In this document: positions 10,178-19,911 of the stretch, piece after piece
Layout of the letters: each line of letters begins with the position of its first letter
Numbering within the stretch: position 1 is the stretch's first letter
Source of the DNA: Candidatus Altimarinota bacterium
GTDB taxonomy: Bacteria; Patescibacteriota; Gracilibacteria; UBA4473
Direction of reading: 5' to 3'
NCBI GenBank assembly: GCA_027028725.1
Contig: JALVIB010000017.1
Coordinates: 1-38,987 of the forward strand
DNA: 38,987 nucleotides
Notes under the pieces: model-generated
Told to the model about the DNA's origin: nothing
The model's database searches: none
What the model saw: the letters and a program-made list of their open reading frames with translations, nothing else
Made by a program: the position numbers and the translations under genes

Positions 10178-11689
10178 ATGTTTTCCAATAAGAAAATCCT
10201 CGGGAACGCTTTCGCGCAGTTTGGCGGAAAGTTTATCACGATGTTCACGAGTTTTTTGATTGTGAAGTTGATAACTTCCCTTGGGGCGAGTTTTTATGGA
10301 CAATATGTGACAGCTTCTGAATTTTTAGCGTTTTTTGGGATTATTGCGGATATGGGGCTTTTTGCCGTGGCGGTGCGGGAAATTAGCAAGGCGGATAGTG
10401 CGAAAAATCCCGCGAAAAAAGACCTCACCCCAAACCCTCCCGAACACTCGGGACTAGAAGGAGAGGGAATACACTCAAGTTCGGAATTCATTTTAGGAAA
10501 TATTTTGTCATTTAGATTACTTTTAATTTTAGGAGTAATTATTTTCGCGGGAATTTTTGCGCAATTTGTTCCGCAGTATTCTCCTGATTTGAAACTGGGG
10601 ATTTGGATTACTGCGATTTCTATGGGTTTAACAATTATCGCGGGAACTTTATCCAGTGTTTTGCAGGCACGAATGAAAATTCATAAGTATTCTTTGTCTT
10701 TGGTGATAGGGAAAATACTTTATGCTATTTGCGTATTTTTTATTATCAAAAATACGGAAATTTTCGCGGGATTTAACATCTTTTTTACTATTTTATGGGC
10801 AGGCGCGATTTCCAATTTTATTGTATCTTTATTAGTGTACTACTTTGTTTCCCGCGAAATTAAAATCCGCCTGCTTTGGGACACGAAATTCATCAAAAAA
10901 ACACTGCGCGATACTTTGTCTTACGGGCTGGCACTGGTTTTGCAAACTCTATATTTACGCATCGATATGATCTTGATTTCCATTATTTTGGGGATAACTT
11001 TCGCGGGAATTTACGGTGTGGCGACACGCGTTTTGGAATCAATTTTGGTTTTGGGCGTGTTTTTTGGGCAAGCGATGTTACCGCAGATTTCCGCACAGGA
11101 ACAAGATAGACAAAAATCTTCCGCGAGTTTGGTCTGGGGAATTGAGAAACTGCTCATTTTCTCTCTACCGATTATTATTGGCGTGAGCTTTTTTTCGCGG
11201 GATTTGGTAATACTTTTGAGTTCCAAAGAATTTCTGACCACCGCAACACAAATCGGATCTGACCGAATTTTACAAATCCTCATTCCGACCGTTTTTTTCG
11301 CCTTTTTCAACCAACTTTTCACTTTCACTTTGGTCGCGAAAAATTTACAGCGGAAACTGGTCTGGATAAACGGTTTGGCGCTCATCGCCAACGCGGTTTT
11401 GAACATTATTTTCCTGCGTCAATACGGACTTATCGCGGCGGCTATTTCAACCGTTGTTTGTGAAGTCTTGGTTTTTATTCTACTTTCCCGCGAAATTTCG
11501 CGACATTTTTCGTTTCCATTTTCCCGAAAGAATTTGAGCATAATTTTGCTGGCAAATTTAGCAATTTTCGCGGAAATTTTCTTTACTCCGCTTCGCGATA
11601 ATTTACTTCTAGCGGTTTTGATTTGCGGGATTACTTATTTGGTGATTTTGGGGACGAATGTTCGCGGATTCTTAAATTCATCAGAATAA
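10178..11689 (+). CDS. Polysaccharide flippase (Wzx/MOP superfamily)
   Basis: About 14 TM segments; YGQY...DMGL...VREIS, YLRIDMILIS and YGLIAAAISTV motifs. Confidence 0.85.
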   Translation: MFSNKKILGNAFAQFGGKFITMFTSFLIVKLITSLGASFYGQYVTASEFLAFFGIIADMGLFAVAVREISKADSAKNPAKKDLTPNPPEHSGLEGEGIHSSSEFILGNILSFRLLLILGVIIFAGIFAQFVPQYSPDLKLGIWITAISMGLTIIAGTLSSVLQARMKIHKYSLSLVIGKILYAICVFFIIKNTEIFAGFNIFFTILWAGAISNFIVSLLVYYFVSREIKIRLLWDTKFIKKTLRDTLSYGLALVLQTLYLRIDMILISIILGITFAGIYGVATRVLESILVLGVFFGQAMLPQISAQEQDRQKSSASLVWGIEKLLIFSLPIIIGVSFFSRDLVILLSSKEFLTTATQIGSDRILQILIPTVFFAFFNQLFTFTLVAKNLQRKLVWINGLALIANAVLNIIFLRQYGLIAAAISTVVCEVLVFILLSREISRHFSFPFSRKNLSIILLANLAIFAEIFFTPLRDNLLLAVLICGITYLVILGTNVRGFLNSSE

Positions 11690-11776
11690 ATTGACCATTT
11701 TGGGCAAAATTCATACAATTCACGCGGTTTGACCACGAAATCCCCAACCACAGGTTGGCAGGCGCGAAATTTTTAC

Positions 11777-11866
11777 GGAGAGTTGCCGGAGCGGTCGAAC
11801 GGGGCACCCTGCTAAGGTGTTGTACCCGCAAGGGTACCGAGGGTTCGAATCCCTCACTCTCCGCCA
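11777..11866 (+). tRNA. tRNA-Ser (GCT)
   Basis: GGAGAGT acceptor arm, anticodon loop CT-GCT-AA (11811-11813), long variable arm, GGTTCGAATCC T-loop, encoded CCA. Confidence 0.95.
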
Positions 11867-12038
11867 GATTTAAAAATAGAGGGATGAGAACCCGATATTT
11901 CAAGGGTTCGACGCGCCGAAGCAAGACAGAAAAGCGACCGAGCGGAGCGAGGTCATTTTTATGGTGAGCGAGAAGCGAACGGCAAAAGAAAGATAAAAAA
12001 TAAGAAGTAATCCCTCACTCTCCGCCAGATTTAAAAAT
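11848..12038 (+). repeat. 30-bp direct repeat of the tRNA-Ser 3' end flanking a 131-bp spacer
   Basis: AATCCCTCACTCTCCGCCAGATTTAAAAAT at 11848-11877 and 12009-12038. Confidence 0.9.
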
Positions 12039-12092
12039 TTCGCGGGATTTTGTGTTTGCATTTTTTCAAAATTTGTTGTAAATCTTAACTGA

Positions 12093-13388
12093 ATGAAAAA
12101 ATATCTTCTAGCGACTGTTTTACTAGCGGTGATTTTCACAATCCCGCGAATTTTCGCCACTTACGAGTGGCGGGAAACCAAAATTTCGCGGGTTTTGAGT
12201 TCTAATGTTTTTGTAACTTTGGATGATAAAAAGTGGCGGATAATCGGGGTTTTGCCGAATGACGAATTTTCTTCTAACAAGCGAGAGGCCTGCCACGCCA
12301 AGGGAAATTCCCGCGAAATTAGCGAGCTGTTGCTGGATAACAAAATTTTTTCCGCGACTGATGAAAAAGTCAAAGATGCATTGCACTTGAAAATCGGCAA
12401 AGAATATGTGACGGAAATTATTTTGCGAAAAGGTTGGGCAAAAATGAATGATGATGAAGTGAGTTCGTATTTTTCCGCGAGATTTAAGCGAGCGCAGGAA
12501 CTTGCGCAGAAAGAAAAACTTGGTTTGTGGGGACCATGTTTGGATGACTTGAATTGGCAAAAAATTCGCGGGAATTTCGGCGAACGCATGCGGAAATTGA
12601 AACGCGAAAATCCACAATTTCTCGGCTCGGTAGCGGTTGGTGAAGTGGTGGAAGTTTTGTCAGGCAATGAGTTTCGGTTGAAAAACGGACCAATTGTGCG
12701 CTTGGCAGATGTGGAAATTCCCCGCGAAAATAATTCGGCGAGTCGCTGTTTTCAGAAAAACTCGCGAAATTATTTGGAAAATCTGATTTTGGGCAAGAAA
12801 GTTCGTTTGGAAAAACCGGTAAATTCCCGCGAAATTATGGATTACAAGTTGGTGCGGGTGGTTTATTTGGAAGAGGGGAATCGTTTGAAAAAACTACCTC
12901 ACCCTCCCGAGTACTCGGAACTAGGAGAGGGAGCCAACCTAAATTTTCGCCACCACCTTGCGGGGGGAAAGAATAAAAATTTTCGCCACCGCCTTGCGGG
13001 GCACAGCGGGATTTCGGTTAATGAAAAAATGATTCGGGATGGTTTTGGGAAATTCGCGGGATTTTCAAAACCTCACCCCAACCCTCTCCTAGAAGGAGAG
13101 GGAGTTTTAAAGGAATTGCAAAAAGAAGTTTATGCTAATCCGCGGGGGGCGTGGGCGATTTGTGCGCGGGAGATTTTGAATACTTCGGTGGAAAATCCCG
13201 CGAAAAATTCCGAAATTCGTGAAATTGACGAGAATTGTCCGATTAAAGGGAATATTTCTGGCACCAAAGCCAATCCGATAAAAACTTATCACACCGTTTT
13301 GAGCGGTTGGTACGATCGTGTCCAGCCGGAACAATGTTTCCAAACAGAGGAAGAGGCAAATCTCGCGGGATTTCGGAAGGTGAAGTGA
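12093..13388 (+). CDS. Secreted tandem thermonuclease (SNase)-domain protein with C-terminal Ada-like (CPIKGNIS...CF.TEEEA..AGFR) domain
   Basis: Signal peptide, two SNase-like repeats (AQELAQKEKLGLWG; VNEKMIRDGFG; PRGAWA) and several repeat-derived inserts. Confidence 0.75.
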   Translation: MKKYLLATVLLAVIFTIPRIFATYEWRETKISRVLSSNVFVTLDDKKWRIIGVLPNDEFSSNKREACHAKGNSREISELLLDNKIFSATDEKVKDALHLKIGKEYVTEIILRKGWAKMNDDEVSSYFSARFKRAQELAQKEKLGLWGPCLDDLNWQKIRGNFGERMRKLKRENPQFLGSVAVGEVVEVLSGNEFRLKNGPIVRLADVEIPRENNSASRCFQKNSRNYLENLILGKKVRLEKPVNSREIMDYKLVRVVYLEEGNRLKKLPHPPEYSELGEGANLNFRHHLAGGKNKNFRHRLAGHSGISVNEKMIRDGFGKFAGFSKPHPNPLLEGEGVLKELQKEVYANPRGAWAICAREILNTSVENPAKNSEIREIDENCPIKGNISGTKANPIKTYHTVLSGWYDRVQPEQCFQTEEEANLAGFRKVK

Positions 13389-13428
13389 TGGAGTTGACTT
13401 ATCCACTGTGTTTGTTTATAAGAAAAAT

Positions 13429-13863
13429 ATGAATGAAAAATTACCGGTTCCAGTTGAATTGAAAGATATGACAGAGTTTGATCCTAATTATGGGAGAACT
13501 AGAACATCAATAGAAAGAATTCAGGATATTTTAGAAATGTCTAAAGATGAAAAATCAGGAATAACAATGGTTTTCACCATAGATAATGCTCCAAGTTATG
13601 ATTCTCGAAAAACGCATTACGGACAAGTCGGAGCTAGTGCAGCTAATACTATAAATGAATATAAAATAGGAGATAAACTTTGGGAACAGTGCCCTATAAT
13701 TTATTATACTGATGGCGGAATTGAATTTATTGAGGGGTTTGGAGGTACGGCAACAGAATCTCCTAGTTCAATTGTGATAATTGTTCCACCACAAGGGAAG
13801 GCTATTAAGTATTGGCAAAAAATTACAAACGAGAAAATTAGAGAATATTTAATAAACAAATAA
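13429..13863 (+). CDS. Hypothetical protein (AT-rich, motif-free)
   Basis: Open frame of about 144 aa; no recognised motif. Confidence 0.65.
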   Translation: MNEKLPVPVELKDMTEFDPNYGRTRTSIERIQDILEMSKDEKSGITMVFTIDNAPSYDSRKTHYGQVGASAANTINEYKIGDKLWEQCPIIYYTDGGIEFIEGFGGTATESPSSIVIIVPPQGKAIKYWQKITNEKIREYLINK

Positions 13864-13964
13864 TTTGTAAAAATTTCGCGGGATTTTTAACTATTTCGTA
13901 GACTCTGAATCAAGTTCAGAGAGTTTGTTTTATTTTTTCGCGGGATTTTTGTATACTTTTCGCG

Positions 13965-15065
13965 ATGCAAAAAATTAAAAATCAACCTCACCCCAACCCT
14001 CTCCTAGAAGGAGAGGGAGTTAAAAGGATTTATTTAAAACAACCCCCTCAATCCCCCTTGTCAGGGGGAAGCTCTGGAAATCCCGCGAAAAAAAAGCCGT
14101 TTATTCCAAATTTGAAAAAATTGTCCCAAAATCCGCAACGATTAGCTAGCGGGCATCGGCTTTGTCCGGGGTGTGGGATTGGAGTGATTTTGAAGCAAGC
14201 ACTGACGACGATTGATAATCCTGTGGTGGTTGCCAATGCGACAGGGTGTTCGGAAATTTGTTTTTCGCCGTATCCGCAAAACGCTTTCAAAGTGCCGTGG
14301 ATTCACTCGGTTTTTGAAAACAGCGCGGCGGTGATTTCCGGTGTGGAGTCGGCGTGGCGAGTTTTCGTGAAAAAAGGAAAACTGACTGAGGAACAGAAAA
14401 AAATTAAATTTTTAGCCGTCGGCGGAGACGGAGCGACTTACGATATCGGGTTTCAGTGGCTGAGTGGGGCGATTGAACGCGGGCACGATTTCACTTACAT
14501 TTGTTTCGATAACGAAGGATATATGAACACTGGTTATCAGCGATCGGGAGCGACAAATTTGGGGTTCGCGACACATACTTCCCCAGTTGGAAAGAAAATT
14601 GTCGGGAAAATTCAGCAACGGAAAGATCTAACGCGGATTATTGCGGCGCACCATATTCCGTATGTGGCGCAGGTAAATCCCGCGAATTCTTTTGATTTGA
14701 TGAAAAAAGCCAAAAAAGCGTTTGATGCGGAAGGACCAGCTTTTTTAAACGCTTTCTCGATGTGTCCGACAAACTGGAAATATTCCAGCGAACAGGGGAT
14801 TGAGATTGCGGCGTTGGCAACTGAAGCGGGATTATGGCCACTTTATGAAGTCGATCACGGGCGTTGGAAAATTAATTTCAAACCGAAAGCCAGCAAAACT
14901 TACCGCGAAAAAAACGAGCCGTTGGAGAAATTTTTATCACTGCAAGGACGGACTAAACACCTTCTCAAACCGGAAAATCGCGGGATTTTGGACCAACTCA
15001 AAAAGCAAATCGCTGACGATTGGGATTATTTGCTGGGTATGGAGGAAGCGTTTCCGTTGAAGTAA
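13965..15065 (+). CDS. porB: Pyruvate/2-oxoacid:ferredoxin oxidoreductase beta subunit (TPP-binding)
   Basis: GHRLCPGCG, ANATGC, GGDGATYDIG, DNEGYMNTGYQRS and CPTNW motifs. The N-terminal ~45 aa are repeat-derived. Confidence 0.92.
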   Translation: MQKIKNQPHPNPLLEGEGVKRIYLKQPPQSPLSGGSSGNPAKKKPFIPNLKKLSQNPQRLASGHRLCPGCGIGVILKQALTTIDNPVVVANATGCSEICFSPYPQNAFKVPWIHSVFENSAAVISGVESAWRVFVKKGKLTEEQKKIKFLAVGGDGATYDIGFQWLSGAIERGHDFTYICFDNEGYMNTGYQRSGATNLGFATHTSPVGKKIVGKIQQRKDLTRIIAAHHIPYVAQVNPANSFDLMKKAKKAFDAEGPAFLNAFSMCPTNWKYSSEQGIEIAALATEAGLWPLYEVDHGRWKINFKPKASKTYREKNEPLEKFLSLQGRTKHLLKPENRGILDQLKKQIADDWDYLLGMEEAFPLK

Positions 15066-15136
15066 AATTTCGCGGGATTTTTCCAGAGGAAAGGAAGAAT
15101 TTTAGAGGTCAGAAGAGAATCTCGTGAAAAAACCAC

Positions 15137-15287
15137 ATTGTTATCTCGACCGACAAGTTGGGGATAAAAAAGTTAAAAAACAAGTTCGAACTTAGCACAG
15201 GATAAAAAAGTGTTTAAGTTCGAACTTAAGTTTTTTAAAGTAGCAAGATCTCTCCGCTCGTCGTGCCTCCTCGGTCGAGATGACAAT
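15137..15287. mobile_element. MITE/REP-like bipartite element (GTCATCTCGACCGA...TCGGTCGAGATGAC); related elements at 26585-26725, 27635-27747, 38701-38801
   Basis: Terminal inverted repeats GTCATYKCGA..TCGMRATGAC with inner AGATCT/GCAATC..GATTGC repeats; all copies intergenic. Confidence 0.7.
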
Positions 15288-15307
15288 AGGAAAAATCCCG
15301 CGAAAAT

Positions 15308-15883
15308 TTAACTATTCAAAATTTCATCAATAACTTTAAAGTCTTTTTCTGTTAAAAATGAAATATCTTTGAATACAAAGTCACCATAAATCTCTTCTGC
15401 TAAATTAGCTTTTTTCAATCTAAGCCAAACTTTTTTGGCTTGTCTGCTTGGAGAGTCTGATGACAAAGACTTGTATCCCAAACTTTTTATCGATAAAAAT
15501 ATGGCTAACTTTACATATGATAAAACACCAAGCCCCTTATTTATATATTCTTTCTTAATTTCTTCATTATTAAACACGCTTCTTGAGTCTGCTCCAAAAA
15601 ATCTGTTATATTCAATAGATCCTATAACTTCCCCTGCTTTACTGGATATTTCTAATTTACTATCTTCAATAGGACTGAATTTTACCTTTAATTTTTTTTC
15701 TCGTTTTAAAAAAAACAAGAGAGCTTTAATTATTTTTTCTTGTTCTTCTGTAAATTCACGATTTAAAGCTTGCTTAACTTTATTAAAAATTGGTTTCTCA
15801 ATTATTAATATTTCTTTCAAAGAAACTTCTGGTTCAAAACGATCATCTAAAATGTCTCTAAGTATTTGATCTAATATACTCAT
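15308..15883 (-). CDS. Hypothetical protein, possible GNAT-like fold
   Basis: EYINKGLGVLSY resembles GNAT motif A. Very AT-rich, no copy of the iterated motif, start overlaps the upstream stop. Confidence 0.6.
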   Translation of the reverse strand: MSILDQILRDILDDRFEPEVSLKEILIIEKPIFNKVKQALNREFTEEQEKIIKALLFFLKREKKLKVKFSPIEDSKLEISSKAGEVIGSIEYNRFFGADSRSVFNNEEIKKEYINKGLGVLSYVKLAIFLSIKSLGYKSLSSDSPSRQAKKVWLRLKKANLAEEIYGDFVFKDISFLTEKDFKVIDEILNS

Positions 15884-17178
15884 TATTTCATCGGGACAAT
15901 AAACGGGACTTCCGCTGGGGCGCTGGCGGATTTCTTTGGTGAAAATTTTCGACCGTCGCCATGGCTTTGGTCGACACGCGCGGCTTCAGCTTTTTGCTTT
16001 TCATATTCCGCGTAAATATCAACTTTGGTGATGTCCGTCCCCGTTGGAAGTCCTAAGCGAGATTCCTGAAAATCCGCGAATTTTCGTAAGACAACGGCTT
16101 GTACTTCCGCCACGGATTTTTTCGGAATAATGAAATTCACACCAAACGGCACCGAAATTAAATCAAAATCCGCTTCCAAATCCGAGAAATCAAAATCCTC
16201 CATTTCCGCGCGCAATTGCACGAGCGTGTGGTCGGGATATTCGATAAATCCCGCGAAAAAATCCGCGCCATTGGTGTGTCGCAAAAGTTCTTCTGCCCAC
16301 GAATCAATGTCGTCTGGAGTTGCCTCCGCTAATTCAAAATCAGATTGCGTCAAAGTTGTCCAAGCAAAACGATGTTGCGCATCAAGTTGCAAATTATTGA
16401 GCATTCGCCCCAAAACCTGCACATTTTCGCGGGATTTTCGTTTGAATAAATATTCAATGATTGTCGAATGATCTGCGCCCAAAACTTGCAATTCCGCGGC
16501 TAGCGAAAGCGATCGCGAAGAAGTTTTCGCTGATAAAAAGTTGTCGGTGCTGGCGGAAATTCCCGCGAAAAAAGCGTTAATGGCGTTTTTCTTCAAAGAT
16601 TTTTGAAGTGTCTCGTCTTCCATCACCAAATTCGCGATAATTTCCGAAACGGAAGACGCCGAAGCATTGATTAAATTCACATTTCCAAACATTTCGTTGG
16701 CGGGATTGTTGGAAATATTCAAAACCGTCGTATTGGAAAAAAGCGCGGTATTTTTCGCGAAAATTTCCCCGCAATCCTCCAAGGCATCAACACCAATGGT
16801 CACAATCAAATCAAATTTCCCGACATAATCCTCCACGGAAACCAAATCCCGCGAAATTTTGCCGTCTTCGTCAGTGACAAAAATGTGCAGTTTTCCATCG
16901 ACGATTTCGTAATTCAATCCGTTTTCATCGGCATTATAAATGGTAATCGCTACGCCTTTTCCGTCTTGCAAAGTCTTTTGGACGATCGCGTGGTTTTTGA
17001 GAAAACTTAATTTTTTGGAAACTTTCTCAGGCGATACAGCGGTCACTTCCTTCGATTCAGAAAGCAAACTTTCCAATCCCAGAAGCCCCGCCATATCGTC
17101 TAATTGCCAATTTTGGGAACCAACTAACAGAATTTTCGCGGAATTTCGGATTAATGAGATGGCTTTTTTGTTATTCAT
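15883..17178 (-). CDS. Degenerate DHH-family (NrnA-like) phosphoesterase homolog
   Basis: FDLIVTIGV, FGNVNLINASASSVSEII and AGISASTDNF align with the DHH family, but the DxD and DHH catalytic motifs are absent. Confidence 0.7.
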   Translation of the reverse strand: MNNKKAISLIRNSAKILLVGSQNWQLDDMAGLLGLESLLSESKEVTAVSPEKVSKKLSFLKNHAIVQKTLQDGKGVAITIYNADENGLNYEIVDGKLHIFVTDEDGKISRDLVSVEDYVGKFDLIVTIGVDALEDCGEIFAKNTALFSNTTVLNISNNPANEMFGNVNLINASASSVSEIIANLVMEDETLQKSLKKNAINAFFAGISASTDNFLSAKTSSRSLSLAAELQVLGADHSTIIEYLFKRKSRENVQVLGRMLNNLQLDAQHRFAWTTLTQSDFELAEATPDDIDSWAEELLRHTNGADFFAGFIEYPDHTLVQLRAEMEDFDFSDLEADFDLISVPFGVNFIIPKKSVAEVQAVVLRKFADFQESRLGLPTGTDITKVDIYAEYEKQKAEAARVDQSHGDGRKFSPKKSASAPAEVPFIVPMK

Positions 17179-17412
17179 GGTTTTGTGATAGAAATCCGCC
17201 CTTGATTTGAGCGAGAAATTATTTTACAACATAAAAAAATAAAAGTCAAATAAATTTCGCGGGATTTTTTTGCCCCCCTTGTAAGGGGGGAGCGGGGGGT
17301 TAATTTTTCGCGGGATTTTTTATATGGGCGATTACTAATCGCCCCTACTATTAACTATTAACTCTTAATTATTAACTAAAAAACTGTCCCTACTTGTAAA
17401 CTCGTGAACTTG

Positions 17413-18609
17413 TTAACTCGTTAACTTCCGATACTCCCTCAAACCAGCCTCAAAAATATCCATAGCTCGGCTTAATTTTTTTTCTTCCAAAACATAAGCT
17501 ATCCGAATTTCGTTTTTCCCCAAACCTTTAGTCGCATAAAATCCTTCCGCTGGTGCAAACATCACCGTTTCTCCATCTAAATTAAAGTCAGTTAACATCC
17601 ATTTCGCGAAATCTTCGGCATTCTCAATTGGCAATTCCGCCATGATATAAAAAGCTCCGCGGGGTTTTTGGCACTGCACACCCGGAATTTTCGCGAGTTT
17701 TTCAAAAACGATATCTCGCCGTTTTTTGTATTCGGCATTAACTTTTTCAAAATAAGAATGTGGTGTCTTATACAATTCCACCGCGCCCGCTTGTTCCAAA
17801 GTCGGCACACACAAACGGCTCTGGCAAAGTTTTAAAATATTCGCCATCAGTTCCTTATTTTTAGAAGCAATCGAGCCAATCCGCGCTCCGCAGGCACTAT
17901 ACCTTTTAGAAATACTATCAATGATAATCACGCGGTCGGAAATTCCCGCGAAATTTTCGCAACTCGTAAACTCAAATCCGTCGTAAACAAATTCCCGATA
18001 AACTTCGTCCGAAATTAAATACAAGTCGTGTTTTTTCGCCAAATCCGCCAAAACTTTCAATTCTTCATAACTATAAACTGCCCCGGTCGGATTTCCCGGA
18101 TTAGAAAATAAAATTGCTTTGGTTTTAGGTGTAATTAATTTTTCAATCTCTTTTTTCGCGGGAATTTTAAAACCGGTTTCCGGTAGAGTGGTTATAGGTT
18201 TAATGCTTATTCCGGCGATTTTTGCAATAGTGTTGTAATTTGTATAAAAAGGTTCCGGCACCAAGATTTCGTCTCCCGGTTCAGTTGTTGCCAACAAACT
18301 AAACAATAGAGCTTCACTTCCTCCGTTAGTGATTAAAATCTCATTTTCCGCGAAATTTATATTTTGTTTTTTGTAGTAATCAACAATCGCTTGGCGCAGG
18401 TTGGGACAGCCGTTAGAAATAGAATATCCAACAACTTTTTCATCAAAATTTTTAATCGCTCGCAAAAAATTAGGCGGAGTTTCAATATCCGGTTGCCCGA
18501 TATTTAAATGATAAACCTTAATTCCTTTTTTCTTGGCTTCATCAGCCAGAGGAATAAGTTTTCGCAAGGGAGATTCCTGCATTTCGATGACGCGAGCAGA
18601 AGTTTTCAT
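17413..18609 (-). CDS. PLP-dependent class I/II (aspartate-type) aminotransferase
   Basis: LNIGQPD, NPGNPTG, SDEVY and DSISKRYSACGARIG (PLP lysine) motifs. Confidence 0.95.
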   Translation of the reverse strand: MKTSARVIEMQESPLRKLIPLADEAKKKGIKVYHLNIGQPDIETPPNFLRAIKNFDEKVVGYSISNGCPNLRQAIVDYYKKQNINFAENEILITNGGSEALLFSLLATTEPGDEILVPEPFYTNYNTIAKIAGISIKPITTLPETGFKIPAKKEIEKLITPKTKAILFSNPGNPTGAVYSYEELKVLADLAKKHDLYLISDEVYREFVYDGFEFTSCENFAGISDRVIIIDSISKRYSACGARIGSIASKNKELMANILKLCQSRLCVPTLEQAGAVELYKTPHSYFEKVNAEYKKRRDIVFEKLAKIPGVQCQKPRGAFYIMAELPIENAEDFAKWMLTDFNLDGETVMFAPAEGFYATKGLGKNEIRIAYVLEEKKLSRAMDIFEAGLREYRKLTS

Positions 18610-18657
18610 TGCCCTAATTTTAAAGAAAAAAAGAAATAAGGAAAATTTACCGAGAAT

Positions 18658-18853
18658 TTAAGGAAACTCTAATAAATAACGCAAAACAGAAAATTTCAAG
18701 ATTTTTGAGATAATTTTTTCAAGAAATTAATTTTCGTAGCGGGCTACGGAAATCACTATTTCGAGGGAAAATTAGCCAAAAAGATGAATTTTATTTTTGC
18801 GCCTGCCTAATTCCTTTATTGTGTAGAATTTTTATTTATCAGAGTTTTCTTAA
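18658..18853. repeat. About 195-bp nested inverted-repeat (MITE-like) element
   Basis: TTAAGGAAACTCTAATAAATAA pairs with TTATTTATCAGAGTTTTCTTAA. Inner arms CGCAAAA/TTTTGCG and apical TTTCGTAGC-GG-GCTACGGAA. Confidence 0.7.
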
Positions 18854-18967
18854 TTTCATTCTTTTTAAATCGGTATTAGTTTTATTTAGCCACTCATTCT
18901 TCGTGGAATAAAACTTAAATCGCGGGATTTTGATGACAAAACTAATTTTTTCCCTAAAATAACATTG

Positions 18968-19909
18968 ATGAAAGTATTAGAAGTAACAGATTTGTTCAAA
19001 AATAAGACAATTCAGATTGAGTTGCCGAAAGATGTGGAATTTAAGACCTATCAACTTGTTTTGCTAAATACCGGCAAAGAAAGGGTCGTCGGAAAGGTGA
19101 TAACTTTTTCACTGGATAAGAAAAATCCGATTTTGGATAAAGATTATAAATTTGAACGAGCTTTGACCGATGAAGAAATTAAAACTTGGAAAGAAAAAGT
19201 GGATAACTCTTTCGAGCGCGTCAAAGTGGCTCGTGAATTGGCGGAGCAAAACAAGTTGGATATTCATTTTTTCCAATCCCGCGAAGATTTTGATAGTCAG
19301 CAGTATTCGTTTTTCTTTACTTCCAAGGATAAAGTAGATTTCCGCGAATTATTGAAAGATATGGCGCGAACTTTCAAAAAACGGATTTACCTACAACGCG
19401 TTTCGGCGAACGATCGGCTCAAAATGGTCGGCGTTTACGATATCAGCGGGCGGTATAATGTGAATGATTTCGCGAAATTTTTTCCGGATCGTCCGACTAT
19501 GAATGTGGTGCGCGACCAAGGAATTATGATTCGCGGAAATAACCGCATTTTTGATTTTAGCGGGAAAATTAAAGGAAGTATGGTTTACGAAGTGGAACAT
19601 TACCGCGAAATGCGCCGTTATTTGCCACACATTAAGCAAAAAGTGAAGGTTAACGGACGCGAAGGAGTCGTTAGTGGGCTGGATATTTTGAACCAACGAG
19701 TCAAAATTAAGTTTAATGACGGCGTTTTTTCTGAACCTTTCCATGTTGATGAGGTGGAATTTGAAGGAAAAATAAAACGACCACCGGAAAAAAAGGAGGA
19801 AAATCCCGCCCTTCAACGAAGTTCAGGGCAAGCGAAAAAATTGCCGGACTCCGAAGAACTTTTAGCAGACGCGGAACTTACTGAATCACAACCGGTCAAA
19901 AACCACTAA
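18968..19909 (+). CDS. ricT: PSP1/RicT (YaaT)-family protein lacking cysteines
   Basis: FFFTSKDKVDFRELLKDMARTFKKRIYLQRV PSP1 signature. ATG 18968 lies 7 nt after TAAAAT. Confidence 0.8.
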   Translation: MKVLEVTDLFKNKTIQIELPKDVEFKTYQLVLLNTGKERVVGKVITFSLDKKNPILDKDYKFERALTDEEIKTWKEKVDNSFERVKVARELAEQNKLDIHFFQSREDFDSQQYSFFFTSKDKVDFRELLKDMARTFKKRIYLQRVSANDRLKMVGVYDISGRYNVNDFAKFFPDRPTMNVVRDQGIMIRGNNRIFDFSGKIKGSMVYEVEHYREMRRYLPHIKQKVKVNGREGVVSGLDILNQRVKIKFNDGVFSEPFHVDEVEFEGKIKRPPEKKEENPALQRSSGQAKKLPDSEELLADAELTESQPVKNH

Positions 19910-19911
19910 AA

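Noticed and set aside
11878..12008. Prophage or genomic island at tRNA-Ser
   Set aside because: Only 131 bp lie between the repeats and there is no integrase or phage gene nearby.
11631..12160. ORFs 11631-11924, 11755-11967 and 11900-12160
   Set aside because: They are shadow ORFs over tRNA-Ser and its duplicated 3' end.
15182..15227. AAGTTCGAACTT palindromes as LexA or other operator sites
   Set aside because: They lie inside a MITE-like element between convergent gene ends and do not match GAAC-N4-GTTC.
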